Part shown: positions 1 through 9,671 of the stretch, piece by piece
Position numbering within the stretch: the stretch's first letter is position 1
How the letters are laid out: each line of letters opens with the position of its first letter
Source of the DNA: an uncultured Gudongella sp.
Lineage (GTDB): Bacteria > Bacillota > Clostridia > Tissierellales > Tissierellaceae
NCBI GenBank assembly: GCA_964604145.1
Contig: CAZRXS010000001.1
Span: forward strand, 1-56,566
Reading direction: 5' to 3'
DNA length: 56,566 nucleotides
Notes under the pieces: model-generated
Seen by the model: only the letters and a program-made list of their open reading frames with translations
Told to the model about the DNA's origin: nothing
The model's database searches: none
Program-made: the position numbers and the translations under genes

Positions 1-30
1 ATTTTATCATAGTTTAGCTTTAATTTAAAC

Positions 31-2079
31 TTAATTGAGAATTAATTCGCTATCAATTTTCGAAAGAAATTCTTCTATCTCGAGTCTGATTTCTAAAAAT
101 TCCTTATTATTGATATTTTTAATAATAAAGTTAGCGTCTCTTTGTGCAATCTTTAGTATATCTAAATCTTGAATTAAATTAGCAAATTTCAACTCTGGAA
201 GACCATGCTGCAGTGTACCAAAAAATTCACCTGGGCCTCTTAATTCCAAGTCTTTCTCAGAAATAATAAATCCATCAGATGTAGCTTCTAAAACCCTCAT
301 TCTTTCTCTGCTTATTTTAGACATACTATTGTTAATTAAAATACAATACGACTGGTATCGCCCTCTTCCAACCCTCCCCCTAAGCTGGTGCATTTGAGCT
401 AGGCCAAATCTTTCAGCGTTTTGTATAACCATAATATTAGCATTTGGAATATTTACACCTACTTCAATAACAGTGGTAGATACTAATACATCTATTTTTT
501 TTGCTTTAAAATCCACCATTATTTTGTCTTTTTCTTTTTGAGATAACTTCCCATGCATAAGAGCAATTTTATATTGATTTGAGATATATTCTTTTAATCT
601 TATATATTGTTGTTCAACCGAAATAATATCCAAAGATTCATTCTCTTCAATCAAAGGACAAACGACATAGGCTTGTCTGCCTTCAAGCAATTGTTTCTCA
701 ATAAAAGTATATATCCTTTCTTCCATATCCTTTCCCACAGCATATGTCTTTATATCTTTTCTGCCAGGTGGCAGTTCATCTATAATTGATATATCTAAAT
801 CTCCATATAAGATAAGTGCTAAAGTTCTTGGTATTGGGGTAGCTGTCATAATAAGTATATCTGGAAATAATCCTTTGTCTACTAAGTTTAGTCTTTGCTT
901 AACTCCAAAGCGATGTTGCTCATCAGTTATTGTTAAACCTAGTTTATAAAACTCAACACCAGTTTGAATTAAGGCATGTGTCCCAACTAGTATGTTTATT
1001 TTACCTTTTTTTAAATCTTCAAGTAAAGTATCTTTTGTTTTAGGTGCTTGTTTGCCAGTTAAGATTTGAACTTCTATGCTTGTTTCTTTAAAAGCTTCGA
1101 CCAGGGATTTATAATGCTGCATAGCTAGTATTTCGGTAGGGGCCATCATAGCAGCTTGATATCCATTTAAAACACAATTATACATTGCGACTATTGCAAT
1201 AATAGTTTTCCCAGAGCCAACATCACCTTGAATAAGCCTATTCATCTGCTTGGATTGGGACATATCAGCCATAATCTCATTTAAAACAGTAGCTTGTGCA
1301 TTGGTTAATTTATAAGGTAGATTTTTTATAAAATTATCAACATTATTATTTAAAGAAAATTTAATACCTTCTGATTTAATATTTTTTTCTTTTAATTTAA
1401 AAAGTCCTAACTGCATAATTAAGAGTTCCTCATATGCTAATTGCTTTCTTGATTTATTGTATTCATGTATTGATTTGGGGTGATGCAGTTTATAAATTGC
1501 TTCTTTTTTCTCTATAAACTTATATTTATTTTTAATTGAACAAGGAACAATCTCTTTTATATCATTTAGTCCTAGTTCTAACGCCGATTTAATTATAGTA
1601 GTCATAATTTTATTGCTAATACCACTAGTTAGGCCATAAATTGGATAAAGTTTTTCTACTGAATGCTTTGTTTCCCAGGCTTCAATAACTGGACTTTGTA
1701 TTTGTCTTTCAAATTTATTTAATAAAACCTTGCCATATACCATATAAGCTTGTCCTATTTTCAATTTTTGTTTTATATAATCCTGATTAAACCATACCAA
1801 ACTAGCCTTGGCAGAGTCATCTTCAACACTTACTTTTAAAATATGCAAACCCTTTCTAGTTTTTATAATAACAGGGTTTTCAGTTACTGTAACTTTAAAA
1901 ACTTGTTTTTCACCTTGTATAGCATCGATTAGTTTGTTTAATTTAGTTCTATCTTCAAATGATTTTGGCATATAATAAATCAAATCTTCAATTGTGTGAA
2001 GGTTCATTTTCCTAAGTAGCAGAGCTCTTTTAGGACCTACCCCTTTTAAATATCTAGTATCACTATTCAAAATGCTCAA
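31..2079 (-). CDS. recG: ATP-dependent DNA helicase RecG
   Basis: 682 aa; LKGVGPKR N-terminus, QGDVGSGKT, DEQHRFGV, MTATPIPRTL and QLRGRVGRG motifs. Confidence 0.97.
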   Translation of the reverse strand: MSILNSDTRYLKGVGPKRALLLRKMNLHTIEDLIYYMPKSFEDRTKLNKLIDAIQGEKQVFKVTVTENPVIIKTRKGLHILKVSVEDDSAKASLVWFNQDYIKQKLKIGQAYMVYGKVLLNKFERQIQSPVIEAWETKHSVEKLYPIYGLTSGISNKIMTTIIKSALELGLNDIKEIVPCSIKNKYKFIEKKEAIYKLHHPKSIHEYNKSRKQLAYEELLIMQLGLFKLKEKNIKSEGIKFSLNNNVDNFIKNLPYKLTNAQATVLNEIMADMSQSKQMNRLIQGDVGSGKTIIAIVAMYNCVLNGYQAAMMAPTEILAMQHYKSLVEAFKETSIEVQILTGKQAPKTKDTLLEDLKKGKINILVGTHALIQTGVEFYKLGLTITDEQHRFGVKQRLNLVDKGLFPDILIMTATPIPRTLALILYGDLDISIIDELPPGRKDIKTYAVGKDMEERIYTFIEKQLLEGRQAYVVCPLIEENESLDIISVEQQYIRLKEYISNQYKIALMHGKLSQKEKDKIMVDFKAKKIDVLVSTTVIEVGVNIPNANIMVIQNAERFGLAQMHQLRGRVGRGRYQSYCILINNSMSKISRERMRVLEATSDGFIISEKDLELRGPGEFFGTLQHGLPELKFANLIQDLDILKIAQRDANFIIKNINNKEFLEIRLEIEEFLSKIDSELILN

Positions 2080-2138
2080 AAATTATACCCCCATTATTAA
2101 GATGCTCTTTTAAAATATTAAATTGTTTACCATATAAA

Positions 2139-2162
2139 ACAACCCTACCTTAGGTAGGGTTA
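2139..2162 (-). terminator. Probable intrinsic terminator after fakA
   Basis: Inverted repeat ACCCTACC-TTA-GGTAGGGT at the fakA stop, followed by a T-rich tract on the minus strand. Confidence 0.55.
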
Positions 2163-3824
2163 TTCAACTGCAAATAAATAGAAATAAAGCGGTTGTCCAC
2201 CATATACGAATTCAATATCTATATCCTTATATTCCTCTGTTATTTTTTCAGCTAAGCTTTTTGCATCTTCTTCTGAAACGTCATTCCCATAAATTATAGT
2301 AATAATAGATGTATCCTCGTTAATTAATTTTTTTAGTAAATCTAAAGACACATCAGTAATATTATTTCCTGATGAAATAATATCCTTATCTGATAAACCA
2401 ATTATATCATCTTTTTTAATGCTACTTCCATTTATTTCGGTATCTCTAACAGCAAATGTAACTTGCCCTGTCAAAACGTTTTCTAAGGATTCATTCATCC
2501 TTTGAATGTTTTCTTCAATATCGACCTCTTCATCCAGAGCGATTAAGGCAGCAAGTCCTTGTGGTATAGACTTAGTAGGTATAACGCTAATATTTCTTTT
2601 TGATAGAAGTTTTGCCTGTTCAGCAGCTAATATAATATTGCTATTATTTGGTAAAATAATAACATTATTCCCAGTGGTGCTTTCTATAGCAGATAAAATA
2701 TCTTCAGTACTGGGATTCATTGTTTGCCCTCCTGAAACTATTACATCTACATTTAAATCTCTGAAAAGTGCATCAATACCTTCTCCAGCAGATATAGCAA
2801 CTACGGAGTATTCTTTCTTATCATTGTTATTGTTATTATCATTATCTTTAGACATTTCAACAAGTTCGTCTTTTAAAAGTATTTCTTCATGTTGATATTT
2901 CATATTGTCTATTTTAATGTCATTTAAATCACCCAATTTTAGTGCCTTTTCTAGCACTTGTCCTGGATTGTTAGTGTGAATATGAACTTTTATTAACCCA
3001 TCTCCCCCAACTACCAAAAGTGAATCTCCAAAAACAGAAATATCATCTCTAAAATCTTCCACATCTTTATAATTTGTATTTATCATAAATTCTGTACAAT
3101 AACCAAATTCTATATTGTCAGTGTCAATTGTCGGCCTCATCTTTTTTATAGCAATAGGTTCTGTTAGCTCTCTACTTTTCTCTTTATCAAAGACAAGTGA
3201 TCTATTTTCTTCGGTCATAGCAGAGTGCATTCCAATAAGCAAATATATCAAACCCTTACCACCTGCATCTACAACACCTGCTTGTTTTAAAACAGGAAGC
3301 ATATCTGGAGTTTTATCTAGTATTTTATTTCCATGGTTGATTATTTTTTCCAAAAATATAGATAAATCATTGTAATTATTGCTATTAGACATAGCGAATT
3401 CTCCACATTCTCTCGCTACTGTTAAGATTGTACCTTCAGTAGGCTTCATAACTGCCTTATATGCGGTATCAGAAGCAGATTTAAATGCTAATGCAAAAGT
3501 ATTAGAATCCACCGTAGCCTTTTCACCTATACCAGTTGCAAAACCTCTAAATAATTGAGATAAGATTACTCCAGAATTACCTCTAGCACCCATTAAAGAG
3601 CCTTGACTTGCAGCCTGAGCAACTAAAGATGCATCATTTTTTTCTATATTTAAGGCTTGTTTCAAGGCAGATTTCATGGTAAGTATCATATTAGTTCCTG
3701 TATCTCCATCTGGTACTGGAAATACATTTAGGCTATTAACTTCATCTTTATTCTCTTCTAATTTTTCAGCAGCACTATTTAACATTACTTGCAATTTAAA
3801 CCCATCTATTGTATTAATTGCCAT
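2160..3824 (-). CDS. fakA: DAK2-domain fatty acid kinase subunit A (YloV/FakA)
   Basis: NVFPVPDGDTGTNM, GARGNSGVILSQ, KVHIHT and GGQTMNPS motifs; canonical position next to yloU and recG. Confidence 0.93.
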   Translation of the reverse strand: MAINTIDGFKLQVMLNSAAEKLEENKDEVNSLNVFPVPDGDTGTNMILTMKSALKQALNIEKNDASLVAQAASQGSLMGARGNSGVILSQLFRGFATGIGEKATVDSNTFALAFKSASDTAYKAVMKPTEGTILTVARECGEFAMSNSNNYNDLSIFLEKIINHGNKILDKTPDMLPVLKQAGVVDAGGKGLIYLLIGMHSAMTEENRSLVFDKEKSRELTEPIAIKKMRPTIDTDNIEFGYCTEFMINTNYKDVEDFRDDISVFGDSLLVVGGDGLIKVHIHTNNPGQVLEKALKLGDLNDIKIDNMKYQHEEILLKDELVEMSKDNDNNNNNDKKEYSVVAISAGEGIDALFRDLNVDVIVSGGQTMNPSTEDILSAIESTTGNNVIILPNNSNIILAAEQAKLLSKRNISVIPTKSIPQGLAALIALDEEVDIEENIQRMNESLENVLTGQVTFAVRDTEINGSSIKKDDIIGLSDKDIISSGNNITDVSLDLLKKLINEDTSIITIIYGNDVSEEDAKSLAEKITEEYKDIDIEFVYGGQPLYFYLFAVE

Positions 3825-3838
3825 ATTTGCCCTCCTAA

Positions 3839-4195
3839 TTATTTCTCAATTCGGATTCCTTGGACAAATACATTTACCTTATCCACTTTAAATCCGGTCA
3901 AATTTTCAATATTAAATTTCACGTTATTTATTATATTTTCACATACTGCTGATATCTTTACTCCATACTCCAAAATAACATACATATCGATAGTAATTGA
4001 ATTATCTTTAATATATATTTTAATTCCCTTAGTTAATAGGTCAGATTTTAGCAATTTAAATAGTCCATCTTTTGCATCTTTGCTTGCCATGCCAACTATA
4101 CCATAGCTCTCCATTGCCGATATACCTGCTAAAGAAGCAAATACACTATCTTCTATACTTATAGCTCCAAGTTCGTTTTTTATTTTTACAGGCAT
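3839..4195 (-). CDS. yloU: Asp23/Gls24 family protein YloU
   Basis: ESYGIVGMAS and YVILEYGVKISAV motifs; ATG at 4195 follows a GGAGG RBS. Confidence 0.9.
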   Translation of the reverse strand: MPVKIKNELGAISIEDSVFASLAGISAMESYGIVGMASKDAKDGLFKLLKSDLLTKGIKIYIKDNSITIDMYVILEYGVKISAVCENIINNVKFNIENLTGFKVDKVNVFVQGIRIEK

Positions 4196-4276
4196 AAATA
4201 TACCTCCCAACTATATAGTCTATCTTTATTATTCTACATTATTAATAGAAAATATTCAACTATTTAGCTTATTAAG

Positions 4277-4306
4277 TTGCTTTTACATAAGTTTTTATGT
4301 TAAAAT
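4277..4306 (+). promoter_or_regulatory. Probable sigma-A promoter of rpmB
   Basis: TTGCTT-18 nt-TAAAAT with TG extended -10. Confidence 0.5.
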
Positions 4307-4376
4307 GTACTATGTTGCTAAAGAAATAATAATAATATTAATTTTAAGTGTTTCAATAATGCAAGGAGGTGTCTTT

Positions 4377-4568
4377 ATGGCTAAGATATGTGCAATTTGT
4401 GGAAAAACTAAATCTTTTGGGAATAAGGTAGCTTTTTCAAATAAAAAGAGTTCAAGAACTTGGGCTCCTAATATTAGACGGGTTAAAGCAGATGTAAACG
4501 GTACAGTTAAAAGAATTAATGTGTGTACGAGATGTCTAAGATCTGGATATGTTAAAAGAGCGATTTAA
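4377..4568 (+). CDS. rpmB: 50S ribosomal protein L28
   Basis: MAKICAICGK...RTWAPNIRRV...VCTRCLRSG; AGGAGG RBS before ATG 4377 (the ORF-track start at 4305 is too early). Confidence 0.97.
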   Translation: MAKICAICGKTKSFGNKVAFSNKKSSRTWAPNIRRVKADVNGTVKRINVCTRCLRSGYVKRAI

Positions 4569-4585
4569 TAAATTCTAAAGACTTA

Positions 4586-4624
4586 AAAGGCTTATTGTGG
4601 TAAATACCATAATAAGCCTTTTTT
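4586..4624. terminator. Bidirectional intrinsic terminator between rpmB and thiN
   Basis: AAAAGGCTTATTGTGGT-AAAT-ACCATAATAAGCCTTTTTT long hairpin with A and T tails between convergent genes. Confidence 0.85.
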
Positions 4625-5260
4625 CTAATCTTTTGACTTTAAAATTAACGCTTCTCCACTGTGTCTAATTATATTGCCATGATCTTTAACTAAATAATTA
4701 CTAACTCCTAGGCTAGAACCATAGTTTATTTTATCCCTGTTTAAAGGAAAGAAAAAACCTTCTAGACTTACTACAACTCCTTCAAGAGAAAGTGGAATTA
4801 TTGAAATATAGTAATCTTTTTTCTTTTCAATATATACCCTTTCTTCAAGGTATTCTATTATATTATTATCATCTATTATTTTTGCTTTAATATCTTTAAA
4901 ATACAAATCTCTCAATATAAAAATATTTGTCATAGTATGGTCTAGTCTGCTACCTGTAACTCCGACTAAAGTTATGTTTTTGCAAGCTAAGTCTAACAAT
5001 AAATTAACTGCTAGTTCCGTATCTGTTTTATCTTTTGCAACTGGATGCTTTACTATTTTAATATTAGTTTTTTCGGCTTCTATAAGTATTTCTTGCCTAA
5101 TAGAATCAAAATCTCCAATAAGATAGTCCGCACTACAACCTGCATCTAATAAATACTCTATACCGCTATCTGCAGCTACTACAATATGAGAGTTATTGTA
5201 AAGATTCTTTAATTCTTCTTTGTCTAATCTATTGCCTCCAGCTACAATAAGTCCATTCAT
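4625..5260 (-). CDS. thiN: Thiamine pyrophosphokinase
   Basis: AADSG, GDFDS, KDKTDTELA, GSRLDH and SLGVSN motifs. Confidence 0.93.
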   Translation of the reverse strand: MNGLIVAGGNRLDKEELKNLYNNSHIVVAADSGIEYLLDAGCSADYLIGDFDSIRQEILIEAEKTNIKIVKHPVAKDKTDTELAVNLLLDLACKNITLVGVTGSRLDHTMTNIFILRDLYFKDIKAKIIDDNNIIEYLEERVYIEKKKDYYISIIPLSLEGVVVSLEGFFFPLNRDKINYGSSLGVSNYLVKDHGNIIRHSGEALILKSKD

Positions 5261-5271
5261 AAAAACCACCT

Positions 5272-5814
5272 TTATTTCAGTATTTTTTGCAATGGTTTAT
5301 AAATTATTAATAATATTACTAGAGAAATAATTAGCTCTGGTATTAAATATGTTGCATTATAAATAATTGAATAAAGCCATGCATTTTGACTTCCAGCATA
5401 CTCTGAAAAAAATACAACACCTGATAATACATGTGCTATCAATCGACCTAAAATTGCTAGTATTACTCCTAAACTTAGTGAAATATAACTATTTTCATTC
5501 TTATTATTAAGGATATAAGCTACTCCTGCTAATCCTAATAAACCATAAGCAATTGGGTAGTCTAACAATACTTGTATTGGGTGAAAAAAATAAGGCTTTA
5601 ATAAGAAGTCTAAAATACCATATATAGCTCCAACTGTCATTCCTGGTACTAAACCCCACCTAATAGCAAATAACATTATTGGGATCATACTACCTGCTGA
5701 AACACTTCCTCCATTTGGAGCTTGATATATTATAATATAACTTAATAAAACTGATAATGCAATCATCATGCCACCCTCAGTTAGCATTAGCACCTTACTT
5801 CTTTTTCTTTCCAT
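5272..5814 (-). CDS. thiT: ECF transporter thiamine S-component ThiT
   Basis: Hydrophobic 180 aa; PNGGSV, HPIQVLLDYP and SGVVFFSEYA motifs; downstream of a TPP riboswitch. Confidence 0.92.
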   Translation of the reverse strand: MERKRSKVLMLTEGGMMIALSVLLSYIIIYQAPNGGSVSAGSMIPIMLFAIRWGLVPGMTVGAIYGILDFLLKPYFFHPIQVLLDYPIAYGLLGLAGVAYILNNKNENSYISLSLGVILAILGRLIAHVLSGVVFFSEYAGSQNAWLYSIIYNATYLIPELIISLVILLIIYKPLQKILK

Positions 5815-5940
5815 TTTTTTACCTCCATTTGTGTTTATTAATCCGCATAAGAATATAAAGGAGCATCTTTGACACTTTCGCTACGAAAGCCTAGGCTTAC
5901 TTCGACGATGCTTCGAATCTAAAGCTCTTTTTAGTAATAT

Positions 5941-5969
5941 AAAAAACTCATTACCAAAGGTAATGAGTA
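5941..5969 (-). terminator. Terminator of the TPP riboswitch expression platform
   Basis: Minus strand TACTCATTACC-TTT-GGTAATGAGT-TTTTT just 3' of the aptamer. Confidence 0.85.
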
Positions 5970-5981
5970 TAATTTTTATAC

Positions 5982-6066
5982 ACACTTCCCTCCGCTAGTA
6001 TTACCTAGTTCAGGTCTTAAGGGTCGAGGACTTAACCTCTCTCAGCTCGAGCTCCCCCAGTGCTGC
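5982..6066 (-). ncRNA. TPP riboswitch (THI box) aptamer
   Basis: Minus strand CACTGGGGGAGC..GCTGAGAG..GACCCTTAAGACCTGAACTAGGTAATACTAGCGGAGGGAAGTG matches the conserved CUGAGA, ACCUGA, GUAAU and GCGNAGGGAAG elements. Confidence 0.95.
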
Positions 6067-6084
6067 TAATATTTTATTAATTAT

Positions 6085-6113
6085 ATAATATCACTTAAAC
6101 TATCATTAATCAA
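6085..6113 (-). promoter_or_regulatory. Probable sigma-A promoter for the TPP leader
   Basis: Minus strand TTGATT-17 nt-TATTAT with TG extension. Confidence 0.5.
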
Positions 6114-6133
6114 ACCCTATTGAACAAATAAAT

Positions 6134-6787
6134 TTATTTAAACAATTCTTTAAATTCTCGAGTGGATTTATAAGGGTCTCCACCAGAAAATATCCCTGAA
6201 CCTACAACCAATACATCTGCGCCAGCATTAACTATGTCCTTAGCATTATCTAATTTAATCCCTCCATCAACTTCTAAGAGGATATTTTTTCCACTATTAT
6301 CTATTATTTCTCTAACTTGTTTAATTTTTTGTGTAATAATAGGTATATATGATTGTCCACCAAAACCCGGATTAACAGACATTATTAAAATAAGATCAAG
6401 ATCATCTAATATATACTCTAGATAATTTAATGGTGTTGCAGGATTAAGTGAAACCCCAGCTTTTTTACCTTGTTCTCTAATACTTTGCAAGACTCTTTGA
6501 AGATGATTAGTCGCCTCAGCATGAACGGTTATTATATCAGCCCCTGCTTTTGCAAAATCTTCTATATATTTTTCTGGTCTACTTATCATTAAATGAGTAT
6601 CGAAAATAAGTTTTGTATGTTTTCTAATCTTTTTAATAATTGGAGCACCAAAAGTTATATTTGGCACATAATTACCGTCCATTACATCAAGGTGAATAAA
6701 ATCAGCCCCACCTTTTTCAACCGATTTTACTTCTTCTCCTAATTTAGAGAAATCTGACGATAGAATTGATGGTGCAATTTTTATCAT
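6134..6787 (-). CDS. rpe: Ribulose-phosphate 3-epimerase
   Basis: IAPSILS, HLDVMDG, MSVNPGFGGQ and EVDGG motifs. Confidence 0.97.
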   Translation of the reverse strand: MIKIAPSILSSDFSKLGEEVKSVEKGGADFIHLDVMDGNYVPNITFGAPIIKKIRKHTKLIFDTHLMISRPEKYIEDFAKAGADIITVHAEATNHLQRVLQSIREQGKKAGVSLNPATPLNYLEYILDDLDLILIMSVNPGFGGQSYIPIITQKIKQVREIIDNSGKNILLEVDGGIKLDNAKDIVNAGADVLVVGSGIFSGGDPYKSTREFKELFK

Positions 6788-6788
6788 A

Positions 6789-7667
6789 TCAATATCTCCT
6801 TTTTCTGTTTTTTAATTCATCTAAAATCAATAGATAATTTTCATATCTTTCTTTATTAATATTACCTTTATCTACTGCAGTTTTTACAGCGCAGTTAGGT
6901 TCATTAAGATGAATACAACTATTAAATCCACATTTTCCATTATATTTTTCTATATCCCTAAAATAGTGTTTTAAATCTCTATAATCTTCAATAAAATTAA
7001 GATCAAATGAACTAAAACCAGGGGTATCTAATATAAAAGTATCTTTCTCTAGCTTTAGCAGTTCTACATGCCTTGTTGTATGCCTTCCCCTTTGAGTTTT
7101 TTCACTTACATCTCCTGTTTCTAGTTTAAATAAAGGATTTAAAATATTTAGTAGTGTAGATTTGCCAACTCCTGATGGACCTGCAAATACATTTATATTA
7201 TTTTTTAGGTATTTTCTAAGTTCTTCTATACCAAGACCAGTTATTTTACTTGTCAAAATAACATTATACCCAGCTTTTAGATATAAGTCTTTAAGCTCTT
7301 CCGACTTTTTTAAATCTAAATCAACTTTGTTTATACATAAAATTACACTTAAATGTTTTTCTTCAGCCATTACTAGTATTTTATCTACTAGCCATGTATT
7401 TAGTTCAGGATTTTTCACGCTAACAACTACTACAACTTGTGTTACATTTGCCACAAGAGGCCTTGAAATTTCTGACTCTCTGTCTATGATTTCTTCAATA
7501 TACCCTGTCCTATCTTCAGAGCTTATTCTAATTTTCACCATATCTCCTACTAGAGGGGTTATTTTTTGTTCTCTAAAGATACCTCTTGCCCTGCACTCAA
7601 TTATTTCATCCCCTACATTGACATAGTAGAAACCACCTATACCTTTAATTATTCTTCCCTCTAGCAT
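6789..7667 (-). CDS. rsgA: Ribosome small subunit-dependent GTPase A
   Basis: Circularly permuted GTPase motifs NKVD, GPSGVGKS, GRHTTR, DTPG; C-terminal CxFxxCxHxxEPxC zinc site. Confidence 0.96.
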   Translation of the reverse strand: MLEGRIIKGIGGFYYVNVGDEIIECRARGIFREQKITPLVGDMVKIRISSEDRTGYIEEIIDRESEISRPLVANVTQVVVVVSVKNPELNTWLVDKILVMAEEKHLSVILCINKVDLDLKKSEELKDLYLKAGYNVILTSKITGLGIEELRKYLKNNINVFAGPSGVGKSTLLNILNPLFKLETGDVSEKTQRGRHTTRHVELLKLEKDTFILDTPGFSSFDLNFIEDYRDLKHYFRDIEKYNGKCGFNSCIHLNEPNCAVKTAVDKGNINKERYENYLLILDELKNRKRRY

Positions 7668-7669
7668 AA

Positions 7670-9658
7670 TCAGCTCTCTTTCACTCTTGTAAATTGATAT
7701 ATACCATCAAAATACACTTCAAATTCTGCACCTGGAATACCTTTTAAATTAACTTCAAAAGAACCATCGCTTTGACTATGTTTTTTTGTATAGACAAGTT
7801 CTGAATTTGAGTTTTGTTTTCTAAATATAGTAACTTCTGTTTCATCTCTATCTGAAAAAGGTGTTAGTATCAGAGTGTAAGGGCCCTCTTTTTCAGCTCC
7901 TGCAGAAGGTTTTTCTGGCTCTTGTGGTTGAGTAGGTTCATCTGGAGTTGTTGTATCTGGCCCAGAACTTACATAGAGATCAATTGCCGTCTTTGTTTCA
8001 AGAGTTGTACCTGCTTCAATAGATTGCCAAGTCACAATATTTGCTTCGACTTTTTCATTTGGTTCATAATCCACTTGTCCAACAGCTAAATCCAGTGCAG
8101 CTATATCATTTAAAGCCTTACTAATGGGCTGACCAACTAATTGAATCATTAATATATCTTTAATTTCTGGACCTTTGCTAACGATTACATCTATTCTTGT
8201 GTTTGGTTCAACGCTAGATGCCGCTTCTTCACTTTGTTCCATTACTACATCTATTGGGACAGTATCATTAAAGTCATATTTAATATTTATTCTTAAGCCA
8301 GCTTCTTTTATTAAATTTTCTGCTTCTGAAACGGTCCTATTAATAAGCATGGGAACCGTTGACGTTTTAGAACCCAAGCTTATAACTACTCCAACAGGGT
8401 AGCCTTTCTTGATTCTAACACCTTTTTCCACATTTTGTTTCATAATTAGGCCACTATCGTATTCACTACTTGATTTACTGTCTATTACATTAATCTGAAA
8501 ACCTTTTTCTTTAGCTATCTTATCTGCTTCCTCTTCGCTAAGGCCTAATAAACTTACCATTTCGAAATCACTTTCAGCATTGACCACATCTTTAAGTTTC
8601 ATATACCCTGTAAATATCAATGTTGACAATATAAATGCAGCTAATATAGCTGATGCAAATACTTTCCAGTTGGGCTTATTCTTTTTATTTATTTTCTTTT
8701 TTTGTGGTGTATTAGTTTTCATATTTGTAGGTCCTTGCTCATTTTTATCATTTCCATTTACAGATATAATAGGTATAACTCGGGTTAGTTGTTCTGTATC
8801 TTCAGTGATACTTGCAGATGAAAGTTTTTTTGTTGAACTGTAATTTTTTAAGTCCAGTAATAATTCTTTAGCAGAAGAATATCTATCCCCTTGTCTTTTT
8901 TGTACACACTTCATAATAATATTGTTTAATTCAACAGGAATATCGTTTGAAATTTCAATTGGTGCTACTATCTCTTCTTGAACATGTTTTAAAGCGATAC
9001 TAATAGGTGTATCGCCATTAAAGGGAAGTTTACCTGTTATCATTTCATACATTACTATTCCCAATGAATATATATCTGACTTTTCATCAGTGTATCCACC
9101 CCTAGCTTGCTCAGGTGAAAAATAGTGTACAGAACCTAATACATCTGATGATGTAGTAATTGTTGAAGATGTTACGGCTCTAGCAATGCCAAAATCCGTT
9201 ACTTTTACTCTTTTATCCTCTGTTACCATAATATTATGGGGCTTAATATCCCTATGAATTATATGATTTTCGTGGGCATGATTCAATGCTTCAGCAATTT
9301 GTGTCGCATAATAAAGTGTTTCTTCTTCAGATAATTTTCCCTTGTTTAAAATTATTTCTTTTAAAGTTTTACCCCTAATATACTCCATAACAATGTAGTG
9401 AACTTTCTTACCATCCTGTTCTTCTTGACCTACATCGTAAATATTTAGTATGTTGGGATGGGAAAGACTTGCAGCAGCTTGTGATTCCCTTCTAAACTTC
9501 CTTATAAAATCTTCATCTTCTGTAAATTCATCTTTTAAAATCTTAACAGCTACAAATCTATCCAAAAGATGACACTTTGTTCGGTATACATCAGCCATAC
9601 CACCGCTGCCAATTTTTTCTACAATTTCATACCTATTTCCTAACAATCTACCTAACAT
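7670..9658 (-). CDS. prkC: PASTA-domain Ser/Thr kinase (PrkC/PknB/Stk1)
   Basis: GSGGMA, HRDIKPHN and DFGIAR kinase motifs, one TM helix, C-terminal PASTA repeats. Confidence 0.95.
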   Translation of the reverse strand: MLGRLLGNRYEIVEKIGSGGMADVYRTKCHLLDRFVAVKILKDEFTEDEDFIRKFRRESQAAASLSHPNILNIYDVGQEEQDGKKVHYIVMEYIRGKTLKEIILNKGKLSEEETLYYATQIAEALNHAHENHIIHRDIKPHNIMVTEDKRVKVTDFGIARAVTSSTITTSSDVLGSVHYFSPEQARGGYTDEKSDIYSLGIVMYEMITGKLPFNGDTPISIALKHVQEEIVAPIEISNDIPVELNNIIMKCVQKRQGDRYSSAKELLLDLKNYSSTKKLSSASITEDTEQLTRVIPIISVNGNDKNEQGPTNMKTNTPQKKKINKKNKPNWKVFASAILAAFILSTLIFTGYMKLKDVVNAESDFEMVSLLGLSEEEADKIAKEKGFQINVIDSKSSSEYDSGLIMKQNVEKGVRIKKGYPVGVVISLGSKTSTVPMLINRTVSEAENLIKEAGLRINIKYDFNDTVPIDVVMEQSEEAASSVEPNTRIDVIVSKGPEIKDILMIQLVGQPISKALNDIAALDLAVGQVDYEPNEKVEANIVTWQSIEAGTTLETKTAIDLYVSSGPDTTTPDEPTQPQEPEKPSAGAEKEGPYTLILTPFSDRDETEVTIFRKQNSNSELVYTKKHSQSDGSFEVNLKGIPGAEFEVYFDGIYQFTRVKES

Positions 9659-9671
9659 TTTTTCACCCCAA

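Noticed and set aside
2820-2848. Imperfect trinucleotide run encoding DNDNNNNND in fakA
   Set aside because: Short, imperfect and in frame within a variable linker; no evidence of phase variation
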